This document shows, one piece after another, positions 8,766-19,366 of a DNA stretch of 64,000 bases. The notes beneath the pieces are model-generated. The model did no database searches. It had not been told where the DNA came from and saw only the letters and a list, made by a program, of their open reading frames with translations. Numbering within the stretch: position 1 is the stretch's first letter; the number at the start of each line of letters is the position of its first letter. The DNA comes from Nitrosopumilus sp. (GTDB lineage Archaea > Thermoproteota > Nitrososphaeria > Nitrososphaerales > Nitrosopumilaceae), in assembly GCA_965205425.1 (NCBI GenBank), contig CBDBGZ010000009.1:32001-96000 (forward strand), read 5' to 3'. A program made the translations under genes and the position numbers.

Positions 8766-10373
8766 TTATTCTGAACTAAAATCAGAACGCCAATCTTGGG
8801 TGTTTCTAAGATCTTTGGAACTTAAAGTATCTGCTTTTACCACTTCAAACATTGCATGATATACAGGATTATTGGGATGATATCCTATACATTCAAAATC
8901 AACAATGCTTGCCAATGCAAAGCCCTTAAAGTAACCATCTTCCTTATCACGATCGGATTCAACAACATAGTCAGTTACTCTACAATCAACATAGTTGAAA
9001 GTACGTATGTGTTTACCATCTACAATTAATTCAACATCTGCTTGGAATAAACTCAAAGTAGGATTTACACCAGATTGACTTTGGATTTTAAGATTTTCAT
9101 CTATTGCAGAATACAACAATGGAGTATTATCAACTAATCCTTCAACTACAAAGGTAGGATTTGATCTAGATAATACATCTCCTTGATCATAGAAGGGAAA
9201 ATCAATTACTTCTTGTCCATCCTCAAACGTAAAGGTAGCTATGGCATGCACATTTCCAGAAGTTGGAAACTCATGTTGTGGAAGTTCATTGGAAACAAAT
9301 GATGTTTTCCAAATAGGAACGTCACTGTCATATAATGATATTAAATTATCATTTATTGGAGTAAGTCCAGAACAAGTAAATCCAATTTGATTTACCATTG
9401 CAAATCCACTTTTTCCAGTAAATCCATCTTCCTTATCGGCCAGTGTAGTGAGTATTGCAGTATCAACAATACAATCTCTATAATCAAGTGCTCGAAGAGT
9501 TTTATCATCTTTGGTAAATTCAACTAATGCATCAAAGTCATTGTTGAATGCTGTAGTGATGCCAGAAACTTGTCTTGATTTATCAATTGCTGCATATAAC
9601 AATGGGTAATCAGCAATCACACTTTCAACATTAAACTGAGCAACAACATTGTCTGCATTCTCCGCAAAGCCAGAAGTTATTTCAAAGAATGGAAATTCGA
9701 TTCTCTCAAAGCCTTCATCAAATTCAAATGTGATAAATGTTCGTACATCATTTGCAAATTTGTAATCAAGTGTGCCAAAATCAGCATGTGTTCTTTCAGA
9801 TGCTCTTACAGGAACAATGTCAGTGCTAATTCCATCTAATCCACCACAATTGAAATCAATTAAATTAACTACAGCAAAACCAGTCTTAGAAGACATGTAA
9901 CTTTCTTGATCATCTCTAAGAGTTTTTACTTCATAGTCTGTAACATCACAATCATGATAATTTAGAGTTTTTATCACTTCGCCATGTTTTACAAAATCAA
10001 CGTCAACTTCAAAATAACGATAGCCATATTCAAAACTTGAACCACCAGTGGTTTGCAGCCTATATTGATATGCTTGATCTAATGCTTCATACAAATGAGG
10101 AGCCTCATCCAATATACCTTCTACTTGAAAGGAGATTCCACTGTTATCAATAAGATCCTCACCCATTTTGAAAATAGGGAAATTATGGATTTCAACACCG
10201 TCTCTGAAAGTAAATGTTAGAATTGCCTCTAGATCATCTGCCATTTTGTATTGGGTTGAGTTTTCAGTTGTTTTTGCATCTTCAGCATATACATTTGAGA
10301 TTCCAAAGGAAATCATCGTGAATAATACAATAAAGCTAAAAATTGCAATGTTTTTTGTATTTTTACAAGTCAT
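8766..10373 (-). CDS. secreted protein with three tandem ~140-aa repeats, Hcp/tail-tube-like motifs
   Basis: Signal peptide; each repeat has F.VE....P.LY.A.D, .Y.DC.V.. and I.F.C.G. Confidence 0.65.
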   Translation of the reverse strand: MTCKNTKNIAIFSFIVLFTMISFGISNVYAEDAKTTENSTQYKMADDLEAILTFTFRDGVEIHNFPIFKMGEDLIDNSGISFQVEGILDEAPHLYEALDQAYQYRLQTTGGSSFEYGYRYFEVDVDFVKHGEVIKTLNYHDCDVTDYEVKTLRDDQESYMSSKTGFAVVNLIDFNCGGLDGISTDIVPVRASERTHADFGTLDYKFANDVRTFITFEFDEGFERIEFPFFEITSGFAENADNVVAQFNVESVIADYPLLYAAIDKSRQVSGITTAFNNDFDALVEFTKDDKTLRALDYRDCIVDTAILTTLADKEDGFTGKSGFAMVNQIGFTCSGLTPINDNLISLYDSDVPIWKTSFVSNELPQHEFPTSGNVHAIATFTFEDGQEVIDFPFYDQGDVLSRSNPTFVVEGLVDNTPLLYSAIDENLKIQSQSGVNPTLSLFQADVELIVDGKHIRTFNYVDCRVTDYVVESDRDKEDGYFKGFALASIVDFECIGYHPNNPVYHAMFEVVKADTLSSKDLRNTQDWRSDFSSE

Positions 10374-10465
10374 TGAATGTTAACTAGCTTTTCACAGTAT
10401 AAGCTGATACAATGTTTTCTATAGTGAAAATATTCTTCTAAACTAAAGAGTTATTCTATATAGTT

Positions 10466-11618
10466 GAGACATGGGCATAACTAATTCTAATTTTTGAGTC
10501 AATTCTCAAATTATTCAAATAGAAAAAGCTAAGGATCTTATCATGTTTTGTTCATTGTAATGTCAAAACAAATGAAAATCCCTAGGGCAAGATTCTATCG
10601 GAATCATTTCTTATTGGTATGTTACATTTGGTGGGAATGTTGTCTTTGTATGAGGAGATACTGAAAACCCGGTAGACCGTACGTATACTCTACAATTCTA
10701 ATGGTGCAACTATTCATCATAAAGTCATGGATGAGAATTCCTAGTAACAATACATTACATTATTTCCTTTTGACTAAAGGTATCAATGATAAATTGCTCA
10801 AGGTTTGCAGACTAACTCAAATTCCAAACAGAAGAACCATTGACAGGAGATTCCAAGTTCTGCCAATTGGTGATATAATCAGTAATATGGAAAGTCTGTT
10901 TGTATCAGAGAAACTAGTCGATGACATATCTGCATCAGTGGATAGTTCCATGCTAAAAGCTGCAGGTCCAGTATGGCACAAATCAGATATGAAAAAGAAT
11001 AGAATTCCAATCTCAGGAATTGACACAGATGCAAAATGGGGTTTTTCAAAATCAAAGGGTTGGGTATTTGGGTACAAACTGCATATGAGTTGTAGTACTG
11101 GCAAACTGGTTGTTCCACTATCTGCTGATGTCTCAACTGCAAATGTTTCTGATGGTAAAATGTATTATACAATAGTTGAATCGCTTTCAGGACTGGTTGG
11201 GAATATTTTATGTGATCCAGCATATGATGATAAATCATTATATCAGTTTAGTGATGGGAGACATTTGAGATTGATTTGTCCTATCAAAATATATCCATCA
11301 ACACCACCAGAGCGAATCAAACTTGCAGATTTTTATAATTCTGTAATTGGTCAAGAGTTGTACTCACAAAGAAAAGTTTCAATTGAACCTTTATTTGAAA
11401 TATTCAAAGATACGTTCAACATTAGAACTGTACATGTGAAAGGATTTGACAACGTGAAATCATTTGTATTGGTTTGTGTTCTTGTGTATCAGTTGATAGT
11501 TTACTACAACTGTATAATTGGAGCAGAAAATCCAAGAACTGTAAAGAGAATGCTTTGCTGTTAGAGAATTTAGAATGAAATTAGATTTTATTTTTGTAAA
11601 TCATTATGCCCAAGTCTC
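10466..11618 (+). mobile_element. IS element with DDE_Tnp_1-type transposase (IS982/IS5-like)
   Basis: TIR GAGAC(A/T)TGGGCATAA (14/15), 8-bp TSD ATATAGTT. Confidence 0.88.
10701..11564 (+). CDS. DDE transposase (IS982-like); N-terminus may be degraded
   Basis: VDSS, GWVFGYKLH, CDPAYD, YSQRKVSIEPLF. Confidence 0.85.
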   Translation: MVQLFIIKSWMRIPSNNTLHYFLLTKGINDKLLKVCRLTQIPNRRTIDRRFQVLPIGDIISNMESLFVSEKLVDDISASVDSSMLKAAGPVWHKSDMKKNRIPISGIDTDAKWGFSKSKGWVFGYKLHMSCSTGKLVVPLSADVSTANVSDGKMYYTIVESLSGLVGNILCDPAYDDKSLYQFSDGRHLRLICPIKIYPSTPPERIKLADFYNSVIGQELYSQRKVSIEPLFEIFKDTFNIRTVHVKGFDNVKSFVLVCVLVYQLIVYYNCIIGAENPRTVKRMLCC

Positions 11619-11675
11619 ATATAGTTAGTCTACATAGTTATTCTAAATAAAAATAATACTCCGAAAAGTAAATTC

Positions 11676-13244
11676 CTATTCTTCACAATTTATCAATAGA
11701 TCTTTGCTTGAATCCATATAACATCTATCAGAGTAAGAACCACCATCAATTACATCTGAACCTGAATTAGCATAAATCAAATCACTTCCAGATTGACCCT
11801 TTAGAATATCATTTCCAGAATTTCCTTTAATTACATCACTACCTTCATTACCAGAAATAATATCATCTCCAGGACCTCCAAAAATACAATCATTTCCTAA
11901 CCCTCCAGATATCAAGTCATTGCCAGCCATTCCAAATATTAGATCATCTCCATCAGTTCCAGAAATTACATCATCCCCGGATGTTCCTTCTATGAGATTG
12001 TAATCAGAATAGTTATGACCACAAGTCATTACAGTAATCCTTTGATTATCAGTAGAACTATGTCCCGCATTATCAAAGGCTATCCAAATTACATTATTAG
12101 ATCCAGGTTTGAACTCCTCAGGGGCATTATTCACAATGGTTTTGATTCCACTTGCATCAGTGGCATTTGCATTTCCAATAAATACATCAGTTAACATATC
12201 TTCTGCCTCGACAACGATCGAATCAGGGGCAATAATTACAGGCTTGGTTTGATCTCTTGATGGAGGTCTAACCTCTGCAGGAGCAACATAGTATGATTCA
12301 GTAGGTAGTTCAAAAAATTCTGTTTCAAAAGATTGTATTGCATGAGTTTGAGAATCAATTACTAGTAATTCACCATTTATTCCAATTGCGATATCAGTAA
12401 TGGTTTCAAAAATATCAGGGTATGGACCAATTTGATCAGCTGAACCAAGTCGTAATTCAGTATTTTCAGACAAGTGTAAAATTCTACTATTACCAGAATT
12501 TACAACAAATATGTCTCCTGAAGGAGTAATAGATATGGCTTCAGGGGCAAAGACATAACTTGGAAAATAAAATGGGAATGAGTCTATTAAATCACCATCA
12601 GAATTAAATTTTTCAATTTTTCCATTTCCTTTATCAGTGACGTAAAGATTTCCATATTTGTCAGAATCAATTCCAATAGCATTTAGAAATTGTCCAGGAC
12701 CTAAACCACTTGAACCAAAGGATGAAACAAATTCTCCATCAGTTGAGAATATTTGAACACGTTGATTTCCAGTATCAACTACATAGAGAAGACCATTGGT
12801 TACAGTTATTCCATTAGGATAGAAAAATTGTCCTTCGGCAATTCCTTTTTTACCCCAAGTTTGAATAAATTCTCCATCCAAAGAAAATTTCTGAATACGG
12901 TTAAGATCACGATCTGCAACAAAAACAGAATCATTAGTTACTGCAATTCCAGAAGGATTGTAAAAATTACCCACGTCTTTTCCGCTATTCCCCCAGTGAG
13001 CTACATATTCACCACTACTAGAAAATTTTTGAATGCGTTTGTTACCAAAATCAGTTACATAGATACTTCCATCATCACCTACTGCAACAAATTGAGGATG
13101 AACAAAATGTCCAGCTTCAGTTGGTCCATATTTGCCCCATTTATGCAATGGATCATAATCGCCATATCCAAATGATGTTTGTACAAAAGAACTAGCTAAA
13201 AGTATTCCAGAAACAATCAGAATTGTAAAAAGTAATTTCAACAA
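11676..13244 (-). CDS. secreted NHL-repeat beta-propeller + HYR-like + RTX-type Ca-binding repeat protein
   Basis: Signal peptide; repeated GQFxxPxGIAV..VYVxDxxNxRIQKF; C-terminal GGxGNDxIxG nonapeptides. Confidence 0.85.
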   Translation of the reverse strand: MLKLLFTILIVSGILLASSFVQTSFGYGDYDPLHKWGKYGPTEAGHFVHPQFVAVGDDGSIYVTDFGNKRIQKFSSSGEYVAHWGNSGKDVGNFYNPSGIAVTNDSVFVADRDLNRIQKFSLDGEFIQTWGKKGIAEGQFFYPNGITVTNGLLYVVDTGNQRVQIFSTDGEFVSSFGSSGLGPGQFLNAIGIDSDKYGNLYVTDKGNGKIEKFNSDGDLIDSFPFYFPSYVFAPEAISITPSGDIFVVNSGNSRILHLSENTELRLGSADQIGPYPDIFETITDIAIGINGELLVIDSQTHAIQSFETEFFELPTESYYVAPAEVRPPSRDQTKPVIIAPDSIVVEAEDMLTDVFIGNANATDASGIKTIVNNAPEEFKPGSNNVIWIAFDNAGHSSTDNQRITVMTCGHNYSDYNLIEGTSGDDVISGTDGDDLIFGMAGNDLISGGLGNDCIFGGPGDDIISGNEGSDVIKGNSGNDILKGQSGSDLIYANSGSDVIDGGSYSDRCYMDSSKDLLINCEE

Positions 13245-13312
13245 ACATTAATGGTAAAATTAGAGAAACATTACCAAGGTTAGTTTATTTTGCAATTATT
13301 GTCAACTTTATG

Positions 13313-14098
13313 TTAAAATGGTTTGTTTACTTCACGCGTAAACACATAGCTTGCCAAACCAATCATAGCAAGTACAAATGCTATCAAAATTCCTAGGCTC
13401 AAAATTATGGGGATTCCACCTTCAGATACACCTGTCATTAATTCTCTGACCAATAAAACAGTGTAAGTCACTGGATTTAGTTTTGCAATAACTGCAAGCC
13501 AATCAGGGAGTAATTCTAGAGGGAATAATGCAGGACTAAGCATGAATAATGGCATTCCAAGGAAATTTATCATGCCCCAAAAAGTTTCCTGAGATTTTGC
13601 AGTTGCTGCAATCATTACAGATATTCCAGAAAATCCTAATGAAAATAAAATAACTATTGCCATTATAGGTGCAATCATTATCGGGTTAGGGAAATTAACA
13701 CCAATAGCTAAAGCAATTCCTAAAATCAAACTAGCTTGTAATGCAGCAATCAAAGAGATTGCAGACATTTTTCCCAATGCAATTGCAGACCGAGATATTG
13801 GAGAGGATAGAGCTTTATTCATAAAACCATAACGTCTATCCCACAAAGTATTGACACCACCAAAAATACTCGTAAAAATTGCAGTTAGAATAATAACTCC
13901 AGGTGCCATAAATTCAATATATTCACCTTCAAATCCAACAGATTGAATCAAGGGTTGAGTTCCAGAAAAAGTATTTCCAATTACTATAATCCAAATTGCA
14001 GGTTGGATTAATCTAATTAAAACTCCACTACGAGATTTTTTGTATCTCTTTAGTTCTCGCCAAAATATTGTGTAAGCATCATATGCTAAGGTGTTCAT
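13313..14098 (-). CDS. ABC-2 type exporter permease
   Basis: About six TM segments, LSPALFPL..LPDWL, NPVTY. Confidence 0.9.
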   Translation of the reverse strand: MNTLAYDAYTIFWRELKRYKKSRSGVLIRLIQPAIWIIVIGNTFSGTQPLIQSVGFEGEYIEFMAPGVIILTAIFTSIFGGVNTLWDRRYGFMNKALSSPISRSAIALGKMSAISLIAALQASLILGIALAIGVNFPNPIMIAPIMAIVILFSLGFSGISVMIAATAKSQETFWGMINFLGMPLFMLSPALFPLELLPDWLAVIAKLNPVTYTVLLVRELMTGVSEGGIPIILSLGILIAFVLAMIGLASYVFTREVNKPF

Positions 14099-15114
14099 GC
14101 ACGTAACCTCTTCATTTTTGCATGTTCACGTTTTCTATTGAATCCAGAATCATCATCTTTAATTTCATGACCAGTATAAGATATGAAAACATCGTCAAGG
14201 GTTGGCTGTGTTAAAGAGATAGATTTTATTTTCATTTCAAGTTCTGAAGAGATTTGAAAAATTTTAGGGATTACTTCAGTACCATTTGAAGCAAATAGAG
14301 TCAGTTTAGAACCATCTTCATTGATTTTTGTTATAAATTCAATTTTTTTTATTTCAGATAAGAAAGAATTACGGTTTTCACTTTCATCAATTACGATAGA
14401 AATCACTTCATTGCCCATTGCATTTTTCATTTTTTCAGGCGAATCTATTATCTGAATTTTCCCACCATCAATGATTCCAATTCTATCACACAACTGATCT
14501 GCTTCTTCCATATAGTGAGTAGATACAAAAATGGTCATATCAAATTCAGTGTGGATTTTTTTGATATATTCCCAAATTTTTCTACGGGTTTGAATATCTA
14601 ATCCAACTGTAGGCTCATCAAGAAATAATACTTTTGGCCTATGCAATAAACCACCTGCAATATCCAATCTTTTTCTCATACCACCAGAGTATGTAACAAC
14701 TGCTTGATCTTGTTTATCAACAAGTTCAATTAAGTCTAAAACTTCATCAATTCTTTTGTTAATTTCATTTTTTGGAATATGATTAAGCTTGGCCTGTAAC
14801 AAAAGATTTTCCCGTCCTGTAAGATATTCATCTACGGTTGATTCTTGTTGAACATATCCAATATTTTCTCGAACTTTTTTAGGATTTGTAGTAACATCAA
14901 ATCCAGAAATTAATGCTTCACCAGAAGTTGGTTTTAGTAAAGTAGTAAGAATCATCATCGTAGTACTTTTCCCGGCACCATTAGGTCCTAGAAAACCAAA
15001 GATCTCACCTTTTTCAACTGTAAATGAAATATCATTTACTGCAGTTACATCTCCAAATGATTTGGTAAGAGATTTTGTCTCTATTGAATACAATACATTG
15101 ATCGCAATTGTCAA
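14095..15114 (-). CDS. ABC exporter ATP-binding protein (DrrA-like)
   Basis: GPNGAGKST, YSGGM, LFLDEPT, STHYMEEA. Confidence 0.93.
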   Translation of the reverse strand: MTIAINVLYSIETKSLTKSFGDVTAVNDISFTVEKGEIFGFLGPNGAGKSTTMMILTTLLKPTSGEALISGFDVTTNPKKVRENIGYVQQESTVDEYLTGRENLLLQAKLNHIPKNEINKRIDEVLDLIELVDKQDQAVVTYSGGMRKRLDIAGGLLHRPKVLFLDEPTVGLDIQTRRKIWEYIKKIHTEFDMTIFVSTHYMEEADQLCDRIGIIDGGKIQIIDSPEKMKNAMGNEVISIVIDESENRNSFLSEIKKIEFITKINEDGSKLTLFASNGTEVIPKIFQISSELEMKIKSISLTQPTLDDVFISYTGHEIKDDDSGFNRKREHAKMKRLRA

Positions 15115-15185
15115 TTATAAATTGCTAAGTATTAGATTAGCCGATCCTCATAAAAAATTTAAAGACGAAATAAAGAGTTCAAAGC

Positions 15186-15284
15186 ATGAAAGGATTATGT
15201 CAAAAATGTCACTCATCAAATGTTGAAGTAACAGTTCATGAAGGAATTCCCGTATGTGAAATTTGTTCTAAAAAAACAGATTAA
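15186..15284 (+). CDS. 32-aa small zinc-finger protein (not in ORF track)
   Basis: MKGLCQKCHSSNVEVTVHEGIPVCEICSKKTD, two CxxC motifs in an intergenic gap. Confidence 0.6.
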   Translation: MKGLCQKCHSSNVEVTVHEGIPVCEICSKKTD

Positions 15285-15321
15285 TCAAAAAGGTATTTTG
15301 AAAAAAGAAAATTAAAAGAAA

Positions 15322-15774
15322 TTATTCAAGATTCTTGAATTCTTCTTTAGTCATTCTTAAAATGACTTTTTCTCCTACTCCCCAAATTTCAGATTTGGAT
15401 AAGATTTTAGAATGCAGTAAACCGTCACTAACTTCTATTGTTTCTAATTCGTTAGTTTCAGAATTTTTGTGCAATCTTTTTACTTTGCCTATTTTGTGAC
15501 TATCAATATCAGTTACTTGGATTCCAGTTCTTACAGGAGGTCGACTAAGTAGTAATGTTTCTTCAGAAAACTTGTCGATATAGTCTTCAGATAGAAAATA
15601 ATCTCTACGGAATCCTTGATGAATAGTTACACCGTTAACAGCAAGTGTATCTTGATTGATATGGATATGTTTGACTTTACCATATTGAATTCCTTCTCTA
15701 TCGATAACTTTTTTTCCAGTAAATGTATCTGCAGTAGCCAAATTGGTAGGCATTCCTTCGAGTTTTACGGACAT
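15322..15774 (-). CDS. tandem PRC-barrel domain protein
   Basis: GKKVIDREGIQYGKV and GIQVTDIDSHKIGKV repeats. Confidence 0.8.
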   Translation of the reverse strand: MSVKLEGMPTNLATADTFTGKKVIDREGIQYGKVKHIHINQDTLAVNGVTIHQGFRRDYFLSEDYIDKFSEETLLLSRPPVRTGIQVTDIDSHKIGKVKRLHKNSETNELETIEVSDGLLHSKILSKSEIWGVGEKVILRMTKEEFKNLE

Positions 15775-15862
15775 GCCACTAAATCAACAGATTTGCTTAT
15801 CACACCGAATATCAGAAATTTCTATCAATGGGGTTAAATTACTTGACAGAAGAAGATTACGC

Positions 15863-16180
15863 ATGGAAATCAAAGAAGAGCGCTTCAGACCAATCCTAAC
15901 TACCAAAGGAAGAAAAACAGGAAAAGAACATTCTGTAATGCTCAGAGCAGTGAATTATAATGGAAAAATCTATTTTTCAAGACACAAACCAGATGGAGAT
16001 TGGTTTCAAAATGCCATTACAAATTCAGAGATTAAAATAGAATATAATGAAAAAATATTCACAGGAAAAGCTCAGTTAGTCCAAGATGAAGAGTTAGATG
16101 AAAAAATTTCAATGTTAAAGTATCCAGGAGAAGAAAGAGCTAAAGAAAAACGAGTTACAATTGAAGTGACATTAGATTAA
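15863..16180 (+). CDS. deazaflavin (F420)-dependent nitroreductase-like split-barrel protein
   Basis: LTTKGRKTG and DWFQNA motifs; ATG at 15863 chosen to avoid overlap with upstream gene. Confidence 0.75.
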   Translation: MEIKEERFRPILTTKGRKTGKEHSVMLRAVNYNGKIYFSRHKPDGDWFQNAITNSEIKIEYNEKIFTGKAQLVQDEELDEKISMLKYPGEERAKEKRVTIEVTLD

Positions 16181-16968
16181 TTTGATTTTTTAAAAAATTT
16201 ATACAAATAGTAAGCTGTCAGTCCACCAAGAATTGAAGTAATTATTAGAAATGGAATAAATAAATCAGATGTAGTTGTAATTAATTCACCAGAAGACAAG
16301 GCTACATCAGTAACGTCTAAAGATTCTTCTTTCAACTTTTCAGATACTTCAAATGCATCTAAATCCATTTCAGATTCAGAAATCGTTGGAGTAGACGCCA
16401 TGGTTGGTTGAGCAGATTCATCAGCAGCAAGAGATTTTGAAGATTCAAAATTTTGTGTGGAATCTTCAATAGATGAAAGTTCTCTACCATACATAGGTTC
16501 AACAATTGGGATTGATGGATTCTTTTGTATTTGAGATAATGAAAATAATCCAGATAATCCAGTTGCCATTCCAAATCCTGCAACTTTGTAAATATGTCTA
16601 AAAGAGCGAACTAGAAGTTTACTTTCTCTAGTTTTATTAGATAATGTGGGAGGGACAATTACAAGACTAAACTTTGATGCAGTGTAAACTTTCATGTCTT
16701 GAGATTTTGAATTTTTTTCAATCTTTGATATTTTTACAATGCCAAGATCTTGTAATTTGTTTAGATGATATTTTACAAGTTGAAGAGAGACAGCACTTTT
16801 TTGAGCAATTTGAGTTGCAGTCAATTCTTCATTAAACAATAATTGTAAGATTTCACGACTAGAATTATTAGTAAATATCTCTCCAAAGGATTTGATTTTT
16901 TCATCATCGGTGGCAAGTATTTTGATATTTTCAGTTAAATCATTATCAGAGTATTCATCAGATGGCAT
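16177..16968 (-). CDS. membrane-anchored ArsR-type wHTH regulator
   Basis: N-terminal wHTH (TATQIAQK..VSLQLVKYHLNKL), C-terminal TM helix. Confidence 0.75.
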   Translation of the reverse strand: MPSDEYSDNDLTENIKILATDDEKIKSFGEIFTNNSSREILQLLFNEELTATQIAQKSAVSLQLVKYHLNKLQDLGIVKISKIEKNSKSQDMKVYTASKFSLVIVPPTLSNKTRESKLLVRSFRHIYKVAGFGMATGLSGLFSLSQIQKNPSIPIVEPMYGRELSSIEDSTQNFESSKSLAADESAQPTMASTPTISESEMDLDAFEVSEKLKEESLDVTDVALSSGELITTTSDLFIPFLIITSILGGLTAYYLYKFFKKSN

Positions 16969-17116
16969 TAGAGATAGTTAGCAAAATCTAGTATATGTAA
17001 ATTGTTTGGTAAAATTTGAATTTCACTAAACCTTTTATCCCAAACTAGGAAACAATAGTAATCACTAAATTGCAGTTTTCAAAAAAATGAATACCTGTGA
17101 AAAGTGAGGAGAAAAA

Positions 17117-19366
17117 ATGAATTCAAAAATAACAATACCAATTGTAATTGCCATTTCGGTAATAGTTACAGCAGGAATTATGTTTTCATTAGGATTTGAT
17201 AATCAACCACAAATTACAGATGTAGGCGGTCTTGAAACTCAAACAGAAATCATCTATGTGGATAAGACAATTTCAGAATTTTTTGAAGGAAGCAATGATA
17301 TTAAAAAAATATCATCACAAGAAGAACTAAAAGAAATTCTTGAAACATCATCGTTACTTGGAGGGAATTTCTATGACAACAGAATGTTCCGAGCAAATAT
17401 GGCAGTAGACGAAAGTATGGGAGGTTTCATGGGGATGGATTCAGATGTAATGATGGCCGTACCAACAATAGAATCTTCCAAAGTAGAATCAGGAGGATCA
17501 GATTATTCAACTACAAATGTTCAAGTTCAAAATGTAGATGAACCAGATTATTTAAAAAATGATTCAAAATATGTATACATTGTATCACAAAATACACTTT
17601 CAATTATAGATGCACATCCTGCAGAATCTGCAAAATTAATTTTAAAAATTGCACTAGACATTGAATCACAATATATTCAAAACATGTTCTTAAATGGTGA
17701 CAGATTAGTGATTTTCTACAACGGGCAAAGTGATGATGAGATTATTCCACAGTATGACTTTGTCCCAAGACGATCATACAGTTCAATTACGCATGCGTTA
17801 ATTGTAGATGTGTCATATAAAGAAAAACCTGCAATAATCAAAGATTACTCTATTGATGGTCATTTTATGGATGCAAGGATGATTGGTGATTATGCATATT
17901 TTGTAACAAATAGCAACGTAGATCATCAATATCCAAAACTTCCAGTAATCATGGAAAATTCAGTTAGAATTATGACACCTGATGCATTCTACTTTGACAA
18001 TGTTGAACAGTTTTCAAACTTTAACACATTAACTGCAATTGACATTTTTGGAGATAAAATAAATTCTGAATCATTCTTGATGGGGCATTCTGGGACATTC
18101 TATGTATCTGAAGATAACTTCTACCTAACATATCAACAAAACATGCCATTTGGATTTTATGAAAATTCATCACGAGATAGATTTTTTGATGTTGTAGTCC
18201 CCCTATTACCAAATAACATTCAAGAACAAATCAAATTAATCCAAAATGATTCTACAATTAATACCACTACACAATGGATGAAAATTTCAGAATTAATGCA
18301 AAAATCTTACAATCAAATGGATAAAGACGATAAAGAGAAATTATTTGAAATAATTAGAGAAGCATTAAATGAATATGATGCAAAAATTCAAGAAGACACA
18401 CGAAAAACTATTATTCATAAAATTTCAATTGATGAAGATAAAATAGAATATGTTGCAAAAGGTTCTGTTCCAGGAAGGCTACTAAACCAATTCTCAATGG
18501 ATGAAAATGAAGATAGATTTAGAATTGCAACAACAACAGAATATTACATTCAACATCAAGGTACAGTAAGAGCTAATGCAGTCTATGTTCTTGATGAACA
18601 ACTAAACATTGTTGGAGAACTAGATGAGATTGCCCCAGATGAAAGCATTTTCTCAGCACGATTTATGGGTGACAGACTATACTTAGTTACATTCCAGCAA
18701 ATTGATCCATTCTTTGTAATTGACCTATCTTCAGATACTCCAAAGATTCTAGGAGAATTAAAGATACCAGGATTTTCAAATTATTTGCACCCATATGATG
18801 AAGAGCATGTCATTGGATTTGGCAGGGATACAAAAGAAGTAGGTAATGGTAGAGTTCAGCAATTAGGAATCAAAATTGCATTGTTTAACGTATCAGATGT
18901 GAATAATCCCAAAGTTGCAGATGATATCATTATAGGAGATAGTTCAACTCATTCAGAAGCACTACATAATCACAAGGCATTTTTCTTTGATAAAAAAAGT
19001 AAAATCTTGTCAGTTCCAATAAGTGGAGATGCTGAGAATCTTAATGGAATTTCAAGTTCCAAAATGTTTGTACCAGAATATAACCGATGGAGTGGATTCT
19101 ATGTGTTTGACTTGGATGGATCTGAAGGATTCAATCTTAAAGGAACAATAACTCACTCTGCTGAAGATTCACGTTATTACGGAATGGGTAATGCAAGAAC
19201 ATTCTACATAGATGATGTTTTGTATACAGCATCTGAAGGATTTTTGAAGATGAACTCCATGAACAGTTTGGAAGAAATTAATTCAATAAAACTTGAAAAC
19301 ACTGGGAAATTTATTGAATATCTAGATGAAGAAGTAATTCGTGAAGCTATACCAGATGAACAATAG
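17117..19366 (+). CDS. membrane-anchored beta-propeller domain protein
   Basis: YSTTNVQVQNVDEPD, GRLLNQFSMDE, LGELKIPGFSNYLHP motifs. Confidence 0.85.
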   Translation: MNSKITIPIVIAISVIVTAGIMFSLGFDNQPQITDVGGLETQTEIIYVDKTISEFFEGSNDIKKISSQEELKEILETSSLLGGNFYDNRMFRANMAVDESMGGFMGMDSDVMMAVPTIESSKVESGGSDYSTTNVQVQNVDEPDYLKNDSKYVYIVSQNTLSIIDAHPAESAKLILKIALDIESQYIQNMFLNGDRLVIFYNGQSDDEIIPQYDFVPRRSYSSITHALIVDVSYKEKPAIIKDYSIDGHFMDARMIGDYAYFVTNSNVDHQYPKLPVIMENSVRIMTPDAFYFDNVEQFSNFNTLTAIDIFGDKINSESFLMGHSGTFYVSEDNFYLTYQQNMPFGFYENSSRDRFFDVVVPLLPNNIQEQIKLIQNDSTINTTTQWMKISELMQKSYNQMDKDDKEKLFEIIREALNEYDAKIQEDTRKTIIHKISIDEDKIEYVAKGSVPGRLLNQFSMDENEDRFRIATTTEYYIQHQGTVRANAVYVLDEQLNIVGELDEIAPDESIFSARFMGDRLYLVTFQQIDPFFVIDLSSDTPKILGELKIPGFSNYLHPYDEEHVIGFGRDTKEVGNGRVQQLGIKIALFNVSDVNNPKVADDIIIGDSSTHSEALHNHKAFFFDKKSKILSVPISGDAENLNGISSSKMFVPEYNRWSGFYVFDLDGSEGFNLKGTITHSAEDSRYYGMGNARTFYIDDVLYTASEGFLKMNSMNSLEEINSIKLENTGKFIEYLDEEVIREAIPDEQ

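Noticed and set aside
8766..10373. Type VI secretion system or provirus around the Hcp-like gene
   Set aside because: No sheath, baseplate, capsid, terminase or integrase genes recognised nearby.
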